NCBI RefSeq assembly: GCF_964204645.1
Contig: NC_134027.1
Span: forward strand, 22,840,560-22,904,559
DNA: 64,000 nt
Direction: 5' to 3'
From: Tubulanus polymorphus
Taxonomy: Eukaryota > Animalia > Nemertea
Shown: positions 12,401 through 25,869 of the stretch, one piece after another
Layout of the letters: each line of letters opens with the position of its first letter
Position numbering within the stretch: position 1 is the first letter of the stretch
The notes under the pieces: generated by a model
Told to the model about the DNA's origin: nothing
Seen by the model: only the letters and a program-made list of their open reading frames with translations
Database searches by the model: none
Position numbers and translations under genes: made by a program

Positions 12401-15400
12401 ATCAAAAGATAAAACTGTTTTTCTTATCAGTCGATATTCAACAGATTCTCGTCTACATATAGATGAATTCAATTCGACACGATGATTATCGGGTTCTGTC
12501 CGGCTTTCGAAATCTTCCAGCATTTGAATCATGAACTGCAACAATCAAAATCTTAGATATTGATTGTGATTATGTTTGCAATTCCTCGGATACCAAATCA
12601 AATGTTTTAGCTTGTTGTTCATGTTGATTTGTTTCCCTGAAAGCCTATGAAATTAGAAGCGCAGATTTTGATATTTATTTACAGTTCCACCAGACGCGAT
12701 AACACTGACTGAAATTCCAAACGGTCCAGTTGTTCGAGGTACATCAAAAACTCTGACGTGTACAACTGACTCCAGTAACCCGGTTTCTACAATTATGTGG
12801 GCGTACAGCTCTGGGACGATAACATGGACAAATTTTTCACCCAACCCAGCATCCAATCATAAACCCGGATCTCACAGTGGACAGATATCTACCAGTAGTC
12901 TTGTAGTTCCAACTGATAAGGGTAAAAATGGAAGACAATATAGATGTACAGCTTATCAGAACAGTCAACCTGTTGATGGTGTCACCAACTCCACAACATT
13001 GTCGATATTGTGTAAGTGTTGGACATGTACCGTTTTTACGATGATCCATCATTTCATCCAAAACAACAGTTGTTTCAGTAGAAGTAATCATTATTTGCAT
13101 TTCCATGGTTCATTTCATATAATCAAAAATTGCTCCTCGTTTTTTTCGAAAACAGCCACATCAATAGAAATAAATTATTTTTAGTTCCAGCAACAAAACT
13201 GACAAATGTTAAGAAACCGGCAGATTATGTATTAGTAAACGATAATCAACAGATAGAGTGTAAAACTGACTCGTCAAACCCGGCTGTACAGATTCAGTGG
13301 TTCACATATTCCTCTACAACATGGACACTACTTGACCCTCAACCAGCTACGAGTCAAACTAGTGCAGCCTATCACGGGTTTGTGGCTAATAGTACATTAT
13401 CTATTACTGCAACTAAAACTATGAATCAGGCTCGATACAGATGTCAAACTGGAAATCTTTATAATGACACAACAATTACCGTTCACTGTAAGTAAATAAT
13501 CGCATTTTCATCCCTTTCACATCGACCGTTTAGTGAAGCATTAATCATGGCTTTCAATGTTCATTTACAGTTCCACCCGAGTCAATTACACTGACTGAAA
13601 TTCCAAACGGTCCAGTTGTTCAAGGTACATCAAAAACTCTGACGTGTACAACTGACTCCAGTAACCCGGTGTCTTCAATTATGTGGGCGTACAACTCTGG
13701 GACGAAAACGTGGACAAATATTTCACTCAATCCAGCAGTTAATCATAAACCTGGATCTCACAGTGGGCAGATATCTACTAGTAGTCTGGCAGTACCAACT
13801 GATAAGGATAAAAATCGAAGACAATATAGATGTACAGCTTATCAGAACAGTCAACCTGTTAATAGTGTCACCAAATCCATGACATTGTCTATATTGTGTG
13901 AGTGTGGAATTTAGTGATTCGTTGATTATTATAATTTGACCTGTACTCATTACAAATGTTCATGGTTGAATTGAAAATTATCCATTTTTGATTTGGTAAT
14001 AGTGAGATATTTTCCAACAAATCTTTCTTTTAATGCTTTTTTGAAAAAATGAAAAGTCTCTTGTTTTACAGATGCGGCTGATTCTGTTTCGCTGACTCCT
14101 TTTAAGTCTGTTATTAAAGAAGGCGATTCAGTTCGGTTGAACTGTGAAGCAACTGGTGGAAATCTTGGTAGTTACACTTACACCTGGCAATACTTAACTG
14201 TATCGGGTGTCTGGAAATCAATCGCATCCACAAATAAATATCTTGCCATAGAGAATTTATCAAGAGTTAATTCAGGACAATACAGATGTCAAATGACAAA
14301 TACAGTCGGTTTTACTATCAGTAATATCGCTATAGTCGATGTCCAATGTAAGTAATCAGTCATATACCCAATAGTTTTCAAATTCATGCGCCATTAACCT
14401 ATCCATTCATATTGAATCCCAGTTGAGGGATGAATATATGGCGATTGAAAATGATTCCGATGATCAGTGCCATCGGGATCCAAATCCGATGATAGTCAAA
14501 TATTTGGCATTACGCCTACGAAATCGATTTCGAGAATCAGATATATCTCGAGACTGTGGAACCTAAATCCTATGTAGATTACTAAAATGCTTTTATACGC
14601 AAGATACAATTTTTGCTTTTAAAATATAATTCATTCTCATTTCGTATGCTAAGCGCGAGTGTTTTTAAATGGAGAAATATAAGATAATACAAACAGTATG
14701 TTGAATGTGTTTAAACAAGATACCCCCAATCATGTTTTCCATTTTCCATAGATGCACCGCAGCTTTCTTCACAAATCGAACCCGTTGCCGCAAAAATAGG
14801 AGAAAGTGGTAGATTTACGATCAACTACGATGCGAATCCGCGAGCGACAACTTTAGATTGCAACCACGAGTTAGGATACAAAGCTATTTTGCCCACGCCG
14901 GTAAAAATGTATTGGATCGTTACTATCAGATCAGTTCAGGCGGCTGATTACGGATCTCATTACTGTCAACTGAAGAATTTAGTTGGTAGCCTAAAAATAA
15001 CATTGGATATCCTAGACATTGGTAAGCACTGCAGTGTGCAGAGATTTTCCATTTCAGGAATGAAACTATAAAACATAGTACGCATATAAACATATTTTGC
15101 CCAATTCCTAGAATTCTGAAGCCTACATGAAATGCAGATATTGATTATTTGGCAGCCATGGAACTTCCCTTTACTCATTCGCAGTATTGATAAATGTTCG
15201 AGGTCTTTTATCAGTTTGTTATTTATACTTATCAACTTATTTCTACAATAGACAGTTTAGCAATAGAAAATGATTTCGAAACTGTATCGATGAACTTTCC
15301 GATATGAGGTCTGGTTTCTATCAAGATAAGTAGAAGTTGTGAACAGACGATTAAAATTTGGAGAATGGTCATTTCCAATGTTCGCCCGATATATTAGGAC

Positions 15401-17677
15401 TGGATCCTGGATACAGATTGATTTTTGCAAACGTCTGTGTCACTACAATATGCTGTATGATTTTGCAGTAAAATGCTAAACAATCTGTGCAACATTCATA
15501 TTCTCATTTCCGTTCATTCTAGGACCGCCAAAACTCCCCTCAAATCTGACAATTGTCACAAAAACGGCTGTGTCTGTGACACTGACTTGGATATCTGAAT
15601 TTGCATGTGGCTCCGTACAAACGTTCACTGTCAGTTACAGGGCATCACATTCCACTGAATTCGTGAATAAAGCTGAAATACCCGACCCCGGTTATAGAAA
15701 ACTGGTACAAACAAAAATAACCGGATTAAAACCAGCAACTGATTATCAGTTCAAAGTGAAAAGTGTCAACTCAAATCCTGGTGATAATACAAGTTCATTC
15801 ACTGATATAGTTACAACTAGAACAGATGGTGAGTTATATACACAGGTCTCTCCTTGGGTCACGGCTGTAGTATTGATTGTTACTGGAGACCTTCCTTGAA
15901 TACTTTTTCGATTAGAATATTCTCGTCACTTAACGTCGAACTTTTCATCCATCTATGGCTGGTTGAAGCCCAGATGAAGGCCTCGGCTAACCCGTTCATG
16001 CGAGTTATAACCACTGTATTTTGGCTTTAAAATTCACCCTGGTGGGGGCCTTTGATGATTGCACGGATTAAATACTCAAATCGTAAACCCCTTTAAACTC
16101 CATATTGAAGCAAGTCGGATAACAAGAGAACGAAATCTTGTTCTGGTAAAATTGTCGTCCTTTCAGTCGAAGCGTCTACGTTATAATAGCAGAATATTGT
16201 ATGTTTTTGTGCGACGCAGAAACGGGAATTTTATTTTGAACTCAAGATAGTGATTGATAGTTCAAAACAAAGATAATGAAGATTTTATATGCCGCAGCTT
16301 TTGCGACGTTTCAGCAAACCCATCTTATACTTCTACAGATTTGATTTGATTTGATTTGAACACTTTATTTTTCAAATATAATTTACAGCATAGTGTACAA
16401 AGCATAATACAAAATACAGTAAATTAGACCTGGAGGGGCCTGTAGAAACTAAGGAATAGTTTGTATAAAACAGGTCCCTCAAAAGAGAAAAAAAAGAGAA
16501 ACGCAATAAAGAAAATAATATGCTCACAGTCAACCCTTAACACACAAAATGCAATCAAAGTAAAGTAATTCAAAAAATTCAAATTATATTGAAATTACAA
16601 TTACGCATTTTAAACGCCATTTCTTCATTCAGCTGATGACAAGTCAACGTCTCCGCTGATAATTGTCGGCGTTGTTTTTGGTATCATAGCGTTTGTTCTG
16701 ATCGTGATATTATTGATTGCACTTTTAATAAAACAACTCAGAAACGGAGGTCTCGTCTTCATGAACAGATCAAGTGGAATGTGAGTGTTCATTAATTAAA
16801 TCATTTGCTGTCCATTTGTTTTGCACCAAGGCCCCCTCTCTTTGGATAGGATGTTATAAACAAATCATTGTCTCCTGCTCATTTATACTAGATACGGACC
16901 ATCAAGAAATGACTGAGATATAGTCATATGGGTTAATTGCAAAACAAGTGGATTTATTATTGTCTTCAAGCCACGAAATGGTAGGTTAAAAGGCTATTTA
17001 AAAAGGCACAATACCTAAACATGGGCTCTGAAAATATTCGTACTTAGTTACTCTTATCTCAATCGGTTCGAATCCCATTATTACGCCGTAGTTTGAATTT
17101 GTGAAAATATCTTTCTTTCATTTCAGGACAAATAAAACTAAAGATTCAACAACAGGTAAAATTGTTCAAAAATACATGTACGAGAAATATGAATTCGTTC
17201 TCCCCTGCTTCCGAAAACTGTATATAATTGATAATATAATACTGCAATTGGATATTGTTGATAATTTGTGTTTTCATCATTTCAGTATATTCTAACAGCA
17301 ACGAACTCAAGGACACAGATTCACGTATGTACATCCGGTACATTTTGAACTTATCGCGGCTTTCTGTCAATCATTTTACACATATATTGAAAAAAAAATA
17401 TTTCAGGTGATTACGCCGCGGCGACGCCGTATGTAAATGTAGCTTTTTGTGGTAAGTATTCACAAAAATTCGAGCGTATATAGTTCTATAAACATCTTTT
17501 AAAATTGTGTTGATGTGATCGTAAATTTTCTCAGCTCCGCACGCATCCCTTTCGGGAAAGTAACTGAACATATATCGCGTTCCATTCATTTACTACGTAA
17601 TATTGAACCTATTTTTATCTTCATTTAAAGCAGAGATCGAGCCCGAACCAAACAACTATGAAGAAGTCAGGAACTAA
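9492..17677 (+). CDS. G1: IgSF type I membrane receptor (SP - V - 6 Ig - FN3 - TM - short Tyr-motif tail), nephrin/echinoid-like architecture, ~935 aa
   Basis: Manual exons: 9492-9503, 10073-10127 (signal), 10502-10849 (V), 11262-11537, 12685-13011, 13185-13487, 13571-13897, 14072-14347, 14752-15021 (Ig), 15523-15828 (FN3), 16633-16780 (TM PLIIVGVVFGIIAFVLIVILLIALLI), 17127-17155, 17286-17324, 17407-17451, 17631-17677. All are GT-AG with consistent phases; total 2808 nt, open frame. Confidence 0.8.
16080..16200 (+). pseudogene. Decayed second FN3-like exon in a G1 intron
   Basis: RERNLVLVKLSSFQSK matches REGNLVLVKLSSFPSK of the intact G3 exon 28463..28185. The frame breaks afterwards. Confidence 0.6.
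16338..16480 (-). mobile_element. Retroposon (LINE/SINE) 3' end with (AAATC)n tail
   Basis: The minus strand reads ...aataaagtgttcaaatcaaatcaaatcaaatc, with a stem-loop (gagggg...ccctc) upstream. Confidence 0.4.
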
Positions 17678-17835
17678 AAGATGCTAGACTATTGACCAGC
17701 TGGGCCTAGATACTTAATGCTCAGCTGGGACTTCTTACTGACTGAAAGATGTGTAATAGTAATAAAAACCCGTACAGATTAAAAGAATTTTAGAATCGAA
17801 AATTTATTTATTCAAAAAATCTAATAGGTGAAATA

Positions 17836-17875
17836 CACGACGTTTCGATTTCGCCCTAGAGATCATCGTCAGGTG
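17836..17875 (-). ncRNA. Minimal type-I hammerhead ribozyme motif (Penelope-like element derived)
   Basis: Minus strand: cac-CTGACGA-tgatc...aatc-GAAAC-GTC-gtg. It has the conserved core boxes, a palindromic stem III, a GUC cleavage triplet and stem I acac/gtgt. Confidence 0.6.
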
Positions 17876-19789
17876 TGACATTAATGTATAATAGTGTATG
17901 AATCAACCATGATGTGCCTTTGTACATCCTTGGAGTAATCATCTAACAAAAATGATTACTCCAAGGTACATCGTTTATTTCTCTTCCACCTCGGTTTTAA
18001 CGCTTCGGATCAGAGATCTAGTTATAACGGAAATAATGGGTCTGATAACATTCAAATTATAGATTAATACCTCGAGGAAAGTAGAGTAGCTCCGATCTGT
18101 GATAGGTGTCTCACTAAAGTGATATTTTGTTCTAAATAATTGAACCATTTTCTTTGTTATGTTTTGTATGAATTTTACTGTATCGGCATGCGTACCTATA
18201 TCTATATGCTTTTCCATTGTTTTATATGACGATAAGATTTATGTAAATTATTTTATCAAGGCTCTGCCTTACTCTGTAAAGTCGACCTGATACCAAGATG
18301 AAAATCATGGGAAATTGATGTTTTCCGTAATACATGTTAATTGTGTACAATCGATCATCCTTCTCTCTCTTATGCAATCTACGAAGAACCTTGATATTAT
18401 GTCATTTGTTCGTTCATTGTCGAAACGTCTTAGGTGATCTTCGCAACGCGAAAAGTGACACTCAGAAGATAACCATTGCGCTGGTAAGATCTCTAATGTC
18501 TGTCGTGTTTCATTAATAACTAATGCCTTTGTTAAAGTTCCGATCGAAAATCGGGAACATGGAGATAAAGGGTCGAATGAATGATGGTTCGATTTAGAAT
18601 ATTCCAGGTCAATTAGTCCCTGAAATGACCAGCATTTCAGATGCAGCTACGTGTATGTTATTTCTGTTTGTTCATTTAAACAAGTTTATAGTGTTATTGA
18701 AGTTGTACATTTTCAACAGTGTAATAAAATCTGTAAATTTAATGTTGTCCCTCTAATACCTGTAATGGGTTTGAGTGTAAATGAAATTGAATTGAAAATA
18801 TTGTTCAAACGTTCATTTTTGATTTCTAAATGCCTGGATAATGTCTCAGGTACATATGAATTGAAACTCGCTTTCTCTATAGCCGTAAAAACATATTACT
18901 TCCTGGTTGGAATTTCTACGAACACAATATAGAGAGATCAACAAAGTGAAATCTGTGTTACAAGTAGTTTCTTTTAGCAATCTCCTTACTTTCGGTAAGT
19001 TGTTCCAGTTCTCGTATTCATTTTCGCCTCCGCATTTTTTTGTCTATGAAGGCCGTAAAGTCTTTCGTTTTCAGTGTTGTCATACTTGACACAATTTTGG
19101 CTTGTGTCGTGATATTTGGTGCTGTAACCACAATAGAAAGCGGGAAACTAGCTCCTTAAACTAAGTAACTCACGTCTTTCTGCTATTACACGATATATAA
19201 CGTGATTATAATCATACAATATACGTAATCTCTTTGTTGATACTTTCTTACAACGAATATCAAATCAACTATGATAAACATTAACAAGTCTGCAACCTTA
19301 CTGCTCTTACAGCAAGATACCTTAAAAGTATTTAGCTATAATTTTGAATACTAAATCCGAAAAATTAGTTATTTCCTAGTTAAGATGAGCATTGCATGCG
19401 CCGTGTAAAAACAGAACATCAAAAATGGGAAAAAAGAAAAAAAAAGAAAAAGGAAAAAAGAGAAAAAAACAGAACATAATAGTAAGCAGCAAAGTCAGAT
19501 GCGTTTACCCTCTACTTTCTTTTATAAATCATGTGACTTAACTGCACCATTTAGTATGATCATGTTCATATTCTTTATTAAGAGGAGCAGCCGGATTCCG
19601 CATCTTGATTGTGTCGAGTATCGCTCGAGATTGGAAAGGAAGAAAACATCCCTCTCATCTGACTCGTGACTGGAAAACGTTGATGAATGATTCAGAGGCA
19701 AATGTTTGGAAATGAACTTTCTTAAATTCTTGAATATCATTAATCGCGTGTTATTTCGATTAGAGGAGTTTTGAATCTATATGCAAAAC

Positions 19790-22700
19790 ATGCACAGACA
19801 CGTAAGAATACAGCTACATGTATTTCATCCACAATCAAATATCAGTACATAATTAAAGTCAAGGACATTTTACGATGAGTAACTTCTTTGTATTTTGTAA
19901 AAATGTCTATGAACATAGAATCATCTCATTAGTATAAATATCTCCCAAAGACTTGCACGATATATCTCAACTAAAACAAGATTTTTTGAAATATGAGTCG
20001 AGAAGATACACACTATCCGTATATGATGGATAACGAGAGAAATCCCACAATGATTCAGTCAAAGATGAACAATTCTTGAATAGAAGAGTATACATTTTGA
20101 GCAACGTTTCGGCTTAACACTATTCATCATCAGGCGTACTATTCAAGAATTGTTCATCTTTGACTAAATTATTGTGGGATTTCTCTCGTTTTTGAAATAT
20201 CTTTAAAATTTATGATACAGAAGGGTTTGTTAGTGATTGTGGTGTCATGTCTAATGATGTGCAGTGGAATTATCGGTAAGTCAACACCTGTATAACTACA
20301 GAAACAATGTAACATCATTAATAAAACCAGGTTTGTAACTGTGTCACGGGAAGAAAGTGACATTTTATTGATTTAAACTTATCATCCTGAAATGATATCG
20401 TGATGATGAGACATTCTAAAATATCATGTAAACTTTATTGAAGAATAGCATGTTGGCTGATTCGAACCAAATTAAGAAAAATAAATTCCGTGCAATACGC
20501 CATGCTAAAATTGCCAAAAACGAACATTGACGCCAGAAACGTGCCAAAACTAGCGCAGAAACGCGTTTAATTTCCAAAGCGAAAACATTGACGCAGATAC
20601 GAAGCAATACGATTTTCGCATGGCGTTTTGCACGGAATGTTTTTTTTCCTTACTTGGCCCGAATCAGCCGCCTTACGTAAGGATATTGAAAACTTACGAA
20701 ACAAAAAGAGAAAAGCGAGTAATTGGATATCTAGGACTAAAACCTTGGATGTGAGTAATATGGGGTTTTCATAAACTTTGCAACCGTATTTATATTGGGG
20801 TGTAGAAATATATGTAAGTAGGTAGTGCATGTCTTTCTTTGCTGTAGAAGGGACACGCAGAATAATACTTTAATTTGTAATACAATAAAATGACAATAGA
20901 TTAATAAACTCTGCTATAAGCTAGCTGGTAATTCTATATACCGAATATAGGCAACAAAATGCTCAACACTTTTTATGTTCTGGTTAGAAGTAACTAAAAT
21001 CATTTTTAATATATGCGAATTATAAACGTCTTAATGACAACCATTTAAGTACTGTCTGTTTCATACATTCAAGAATTGTTCTGACTTATGAGATTGAAAA
21101 TTCATGAATGGAAAATCATTTTGTAGGAGAGCAGCAGAACTGTATAGACGCAGCAGATACGACACTCACGGCGGTTGCAACACCAGTTGATGTAAAACTA
21201 GGTGGCACCACTGTCGTACAATGTCAGGTTTCCCCAACCAGTAAAGATTTCTGCGGTCACAGAATAACATTGAGTAGCCCTTCAGGACAGTTTGAGTATG
21301 ATAAGACAAACTGTCCTCATGGAACTATTACTGCTCCCCGGTACACTGGACAATGTGACGTCACAGCTGGACGTTATGGTTTGCGTATCAATAATGTACA
21401 AATTGCTGATGCTGGAGAATGGTCATGTGACTATAAAAGCGTTTTTGCAAATAGTAAACAGTAATAACGGTATTAGGTGATAAACGATTTAATGATAGAT
21501 CATTTCCAATCGTGTTCAGTAGTTAAGAATCATTTTCTAATCACTATGTATTCGAATATATCGCGAAGAATTACTTTGAAGTTTAATCCCGATGATGAAA
21601 CGTATACCACATTTTACTCATAGTCCATTCATCGTGCCATTGTGGTGTATTGATTCATAAACTGTGATGTATGTTGATGATTCGTTTCAAACAGTGCCAA
21701 ATACTATACGTGAATCAAGGAAATACATTAGAAAATACGCTATCAAATATACATTGCATGGTTTCACATTTACAGCACCCCCGAGTGGACCAGTTTTAAC
21801 ATCTCAACCAAACACCACCACAAACAACATCGTCAGAGTACAGGAGAATTCACAATTAACAATCACATGTGACGGTTCACAGTCTGGAGCTACAGGACTG
21901 ACGTATAAATGGAGTGGTGTCAATCTATCTGGACAGTCTAATAATAAACTCAGTTTTACACGAATCAGTAAAACTGATTCAGGTGTTTATACGTGTACAG
22001 TATCGAATATAGCAGGATCAGTTACTGGAAGAATTACTATCAATGTTTTATGTGAGTATTACATAAAAATTAAATAAATAATTAATAAACCTTTAATATT
22101 AACAGCTTCATCAGAATTGTCCCCGCACTGATCACAATTATCACATTTCAAATTTTCATCAATTCACCACTGATCGCCAAATTTGAAATTTTTTCGCACT
22201 GATCAACATTATCACATTTCAAATCTTCGTCAATTCACCACTGATTGTCACATTTGAAATTTTTGTCCCCTGCCACATGATTTATGTTTACGATAAAACA
22301 TCAGACACCTTTAAACAAACATTGATAATAGATAATAATGTTGTGTAAAATGTATAATTCTATTTTGTCTAACGTCAGAAAAACATTACATACTAGGCGT
22401 TTTCATATCACGCAGTTCGTAATTGCAATTTGTTAAAAATAGAGTTCATTTATCAAATCTAAGGGTTATCGATTTTGGTAGAAGGACACATAACGCAGGC
22501 ATTGCCGTTATTACGAAGTGCACCAATATCGAAGTTGAAGTCTTAGTATTTATCCTCATCAAAAGATGTTTTTTGGCGACAATCATGATCAGGCGCAAAG
22601 ACGATCCAGACATATATATTCCATTTAACTGACGGTCTTTTAACCGTTCGCTATTCATCTGATTCTACTCTGCATCTAGTCTATTCGTCACGATGATGAT

Positions 22701-24530
22701 TGGCTGGGGTGCTCATCCGTTGACTTAACGTGTGCAGCTACAGGGGGTAACCCGGAACCAAACCTCGCCATAACTAGAACACCAGGGGCAGCACTGTAAA
22801 ACAGGGAGTTAGTCTTCTAACATATTCAACATCCGTCACTAAAACAGATAACCAGGCAGAATATCAATGTACATCTACTGGGGCTGGTATACCAACACCA
22901 ATGATTTCTGATAAACTTAGATTAACTGTCAACTGTAAGTATTGTAGATAGATACATTACTCCTTATACTCATGAAGTTAATGTGATTCTGGTTTTGACT
23001 AAATTTTGTTTCGCCAATATCCACAGATTTTAACAATATTGACAACAATAGTTAAATCTTTTAGTTCAAGCAACATCACTGACAATGGTGAAGAAACCGG
23101 CAGATTATGTATTAGTAAACGATAATCAACAGGTAGAGTGTAAAACTGACTCGTCAAACCCGGCTGTACAGATTCAGTGGTTCAAATATTCTTCTACAAC
23201 ATGGACACTACTTGACCCTCAACCAGCTACGAGTCAAACTAGTGCAGCCTATCACGGGTTTATGGCTACTAGTACATTATCTGTTACTGCAGCTAAAACC
23301 ATGAATCAAGCTCGATACAGATGTCAAACTGGTAATCTTTACAATGATACAACAATTACCGTTTATTGTAAGTATAGATAACTTCTTCCTTGGATACGAA
23401 ATCACGTTTCAGATTTTTTTATATTCGTTTGTTTTCCCTGAAAGTCTTATGAAACAAGAAGCGCATATTACAATGTTTTTTTTTTTTAATAGTTCCACCA
23501 GAGTCAATGACACTGACTGAAATTCCAAACGGTCCAGTTGTTCAAGGTACATCAAAAACTCTTACGTGTACAACTGACTCCAGTAACCCGGTGTCTGTAA
23601 TTGTCTGGGCGTGCAGCTCCGGGGCGACAACGTGGATACATATTTCACCCAACCCAGCAGTAAATCATAAACCCGGATCTCACAGTGGACAGATATCTAC
23701 TAGTAGTCTAGTAGTACCAACTGATAAGAATAAAAATGGAAGACAATATAGATGTACAGCTTATCAGAGCAGTCAACCTGTCAATGGTGTCACCAACTCC
23801 ACGACATTGTCTATATCGTGTAAGTGTAAAATAGCGCACGTTATGTTTTGTTAAAAAGTCGGAAAGTCTGCATTTCCATGGTTCATATGATTGGGTCTTG
23901 ACCAATTTTGCTGAAGGAATTATCAATAATAGCAACATCATTGGGAATGAATTAATCGTTTTAGTTCAAGCAACAACTCTAACAATGGCGAAGAAACCAG
24001 CAGATCATGTATCAGTAAACGATATTCAACAGATAGAGTGTAAAACTGACTCGTCAAACCCGGCTGTACAGATTCAGTGGTTCACATATTCCTCTACAAC
24101 ATGGACACTACTTGACTCTCAACCAGCTACGAGTCAAACTAGTTCAGCCAATCACGGGTTTGTGGCTACTAGTACATTATCTATTACTGCAACTAAAACT
24201 ATGAATCAAGCTCGATACAAATGTCAAACTGGAAATCTTTACAATGATACAGCGATTACTGTTCACTGTAAGTATAAATTACTTCCTCCTCGGATACGAA
24301 ATCACGTTTCAGATTTTTTTTTTCACCTTCATTCGTTTTCCCTGAAAGTCTTATGAAATAAGAAGCGCATATTTCAATGTTTATTTGAAGTTCCACCAAA
24401 GTCAATGACACCGACTGAAATTCCAAACGGTCCAGTTGTTCAAGGTACATCAAAAACTCTGACGTCTACAACTGACCCCAGAAACCCGGTGTCAAGCATT
24501 GTCTGGACAAACAGCTCTGGGGCAATGATA
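19790..24530 (+). pseudogene. G2: IgSF paralog, disrupted and 3'-truncated (or encoding only a secreted V domain)
   Basis: Exons 19790-19801, 20221-20275 (signal), 21127-21476 (V, 350 nt, 1-bp deletion giving TAA at 21462), 21776-22051, a broken exon ~22716-22934 (acceptor deleted, frameshift), 23065-23367, 23493-23819, 23965-24267 and truncated 24391-~24530 (Cys>Ser). No FN3 or TM exon found. Confidence 0.75.
20032..20190. mobile_element. Foldback element (~52-bp inverted arms) enclosing a hammerhead-like motif; Penelope-like derivative
   Basis: Arms aacgagagaaatcccacaa...cttgaatag / ctattcaag...ttgtgggatttctctcgtt. The loop on the - strand reads cgc-CTGATGA-tgaatagtgttaagcc-GAAAC-gttgc. 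Confidence 0.55.
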
Positions 24531-25869
24531 TGCTTCGTATTTATTTGCGTTTCGGTCTCAGTTTACTTATTTAGTGGTATTTATTGATATTCATAACATC
24601 ATCAATGAAAAAGTACACAAAAGTACAGAATGTGTAACCGTTACAACAGTTATCAAAGCCAGATGGATCCAGGTTGGAACTGCGAGGCTTGAATAGCGAT
24701 AAGAATGATGTATATATGTTTCTGTTCATAATCTAGTGGAAAAATCAGAAAAGAAACAAACACGCACGTGTGCAGTACAGAATATAAATGTAGAATAGTA
24801 GTTCATTAGAATTTATTATGTATTGTCAATAGAAAACTCTACGTAACGTTGACATTGCAAATGATACTTGTTCATTAACCGGTGAAATGTATTGTAATAT
24901 TCATCATTTACCGGTAAAATGTTTTGTAATATTCATCATTTACCGATAAAATGTATTGTAATATTGTGAGTAATTAGAAATGTCCATTTAGAACTGCTAC
25001 AACAATATAATCTGCCGCCTAAATCCCAGTATAAATGACATCTTCAGAACTGACGTTGAATATATATCACGTCGTCATCAAATTTGAGCTGTTTATCACC
25101 GAATCACTTGAAAATACACGCTTTGAGATTACGTCATCAGAGGGTATTAAGTGGATGAAAGATGTTAATTGATGGCACTTCCCTTATAAGAGTAGCGCAG
25201 TTTCACTAGGGTTCGAACCCATCACCTCGCTGCTTCGAGTCAATCACCTTCTAAGTCAATGAGACAGGGAAAATAGCAATATTCGTACACGAGAAAATTC
25301 ATTACAAACTAATTTTGTTTGAAAAAAATGTAAAATATTCAAGGGTAAGCTTATGCGGCAATAGATTGAGCAACGCGTCCTTCAAAGTGGGTTAAACACT
25401 AATATTAGACCAATGTAACATACAAATTACTCGTACAGAATACACTTATACAATTTACATAACGGCATAAATAATTGTGAAAAACAACGATAGCCATATA
25501 AAAAACCTCCACCAAATGTTTACCTTGATAGGACGTACATTAGTAAATAAACTTCTTCGACACGATTAATTTCGGTTTAATTTTGAGCTTATTATTTGAA
25601 ATGAGAACTGTAGAGCCGGATCCGGAAATCGCTCTGTTAGATATTGAGATTATGCTAGGGACAGATTGAGCATGGGATCAAGGTTGGTTCTGAGAACGAA
25701 GCATGTGATCGAGGCCTGAGAAAAACCCCTGCCGTAACCTCGTCAGTCTTATGATATCAGTGATAGCATGGTTATACCTACAATCCACAGACCTCACTTA
25801 ACTAAACCTCGGATAAATCTGATGAATTACTCCCAGACTGAACACAGTGGAAAGGACAATAATCGACGA

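Noticed and set aside
11262-24530. Dscam-style mutually exclusive exon arrays in a single gene
   Set aside because: Repeated exons belong to separate genes with their own start and signal exons on both strands. D and E exons alternate rather than forming blocks of alternatives.
25195-25255. tRNA gene (ggttcgaaccc B-box); similar case near 57190
   Set aside because: Only a B-box-like fragment with no complete cloverleaf; more likely a decayed SINE head.
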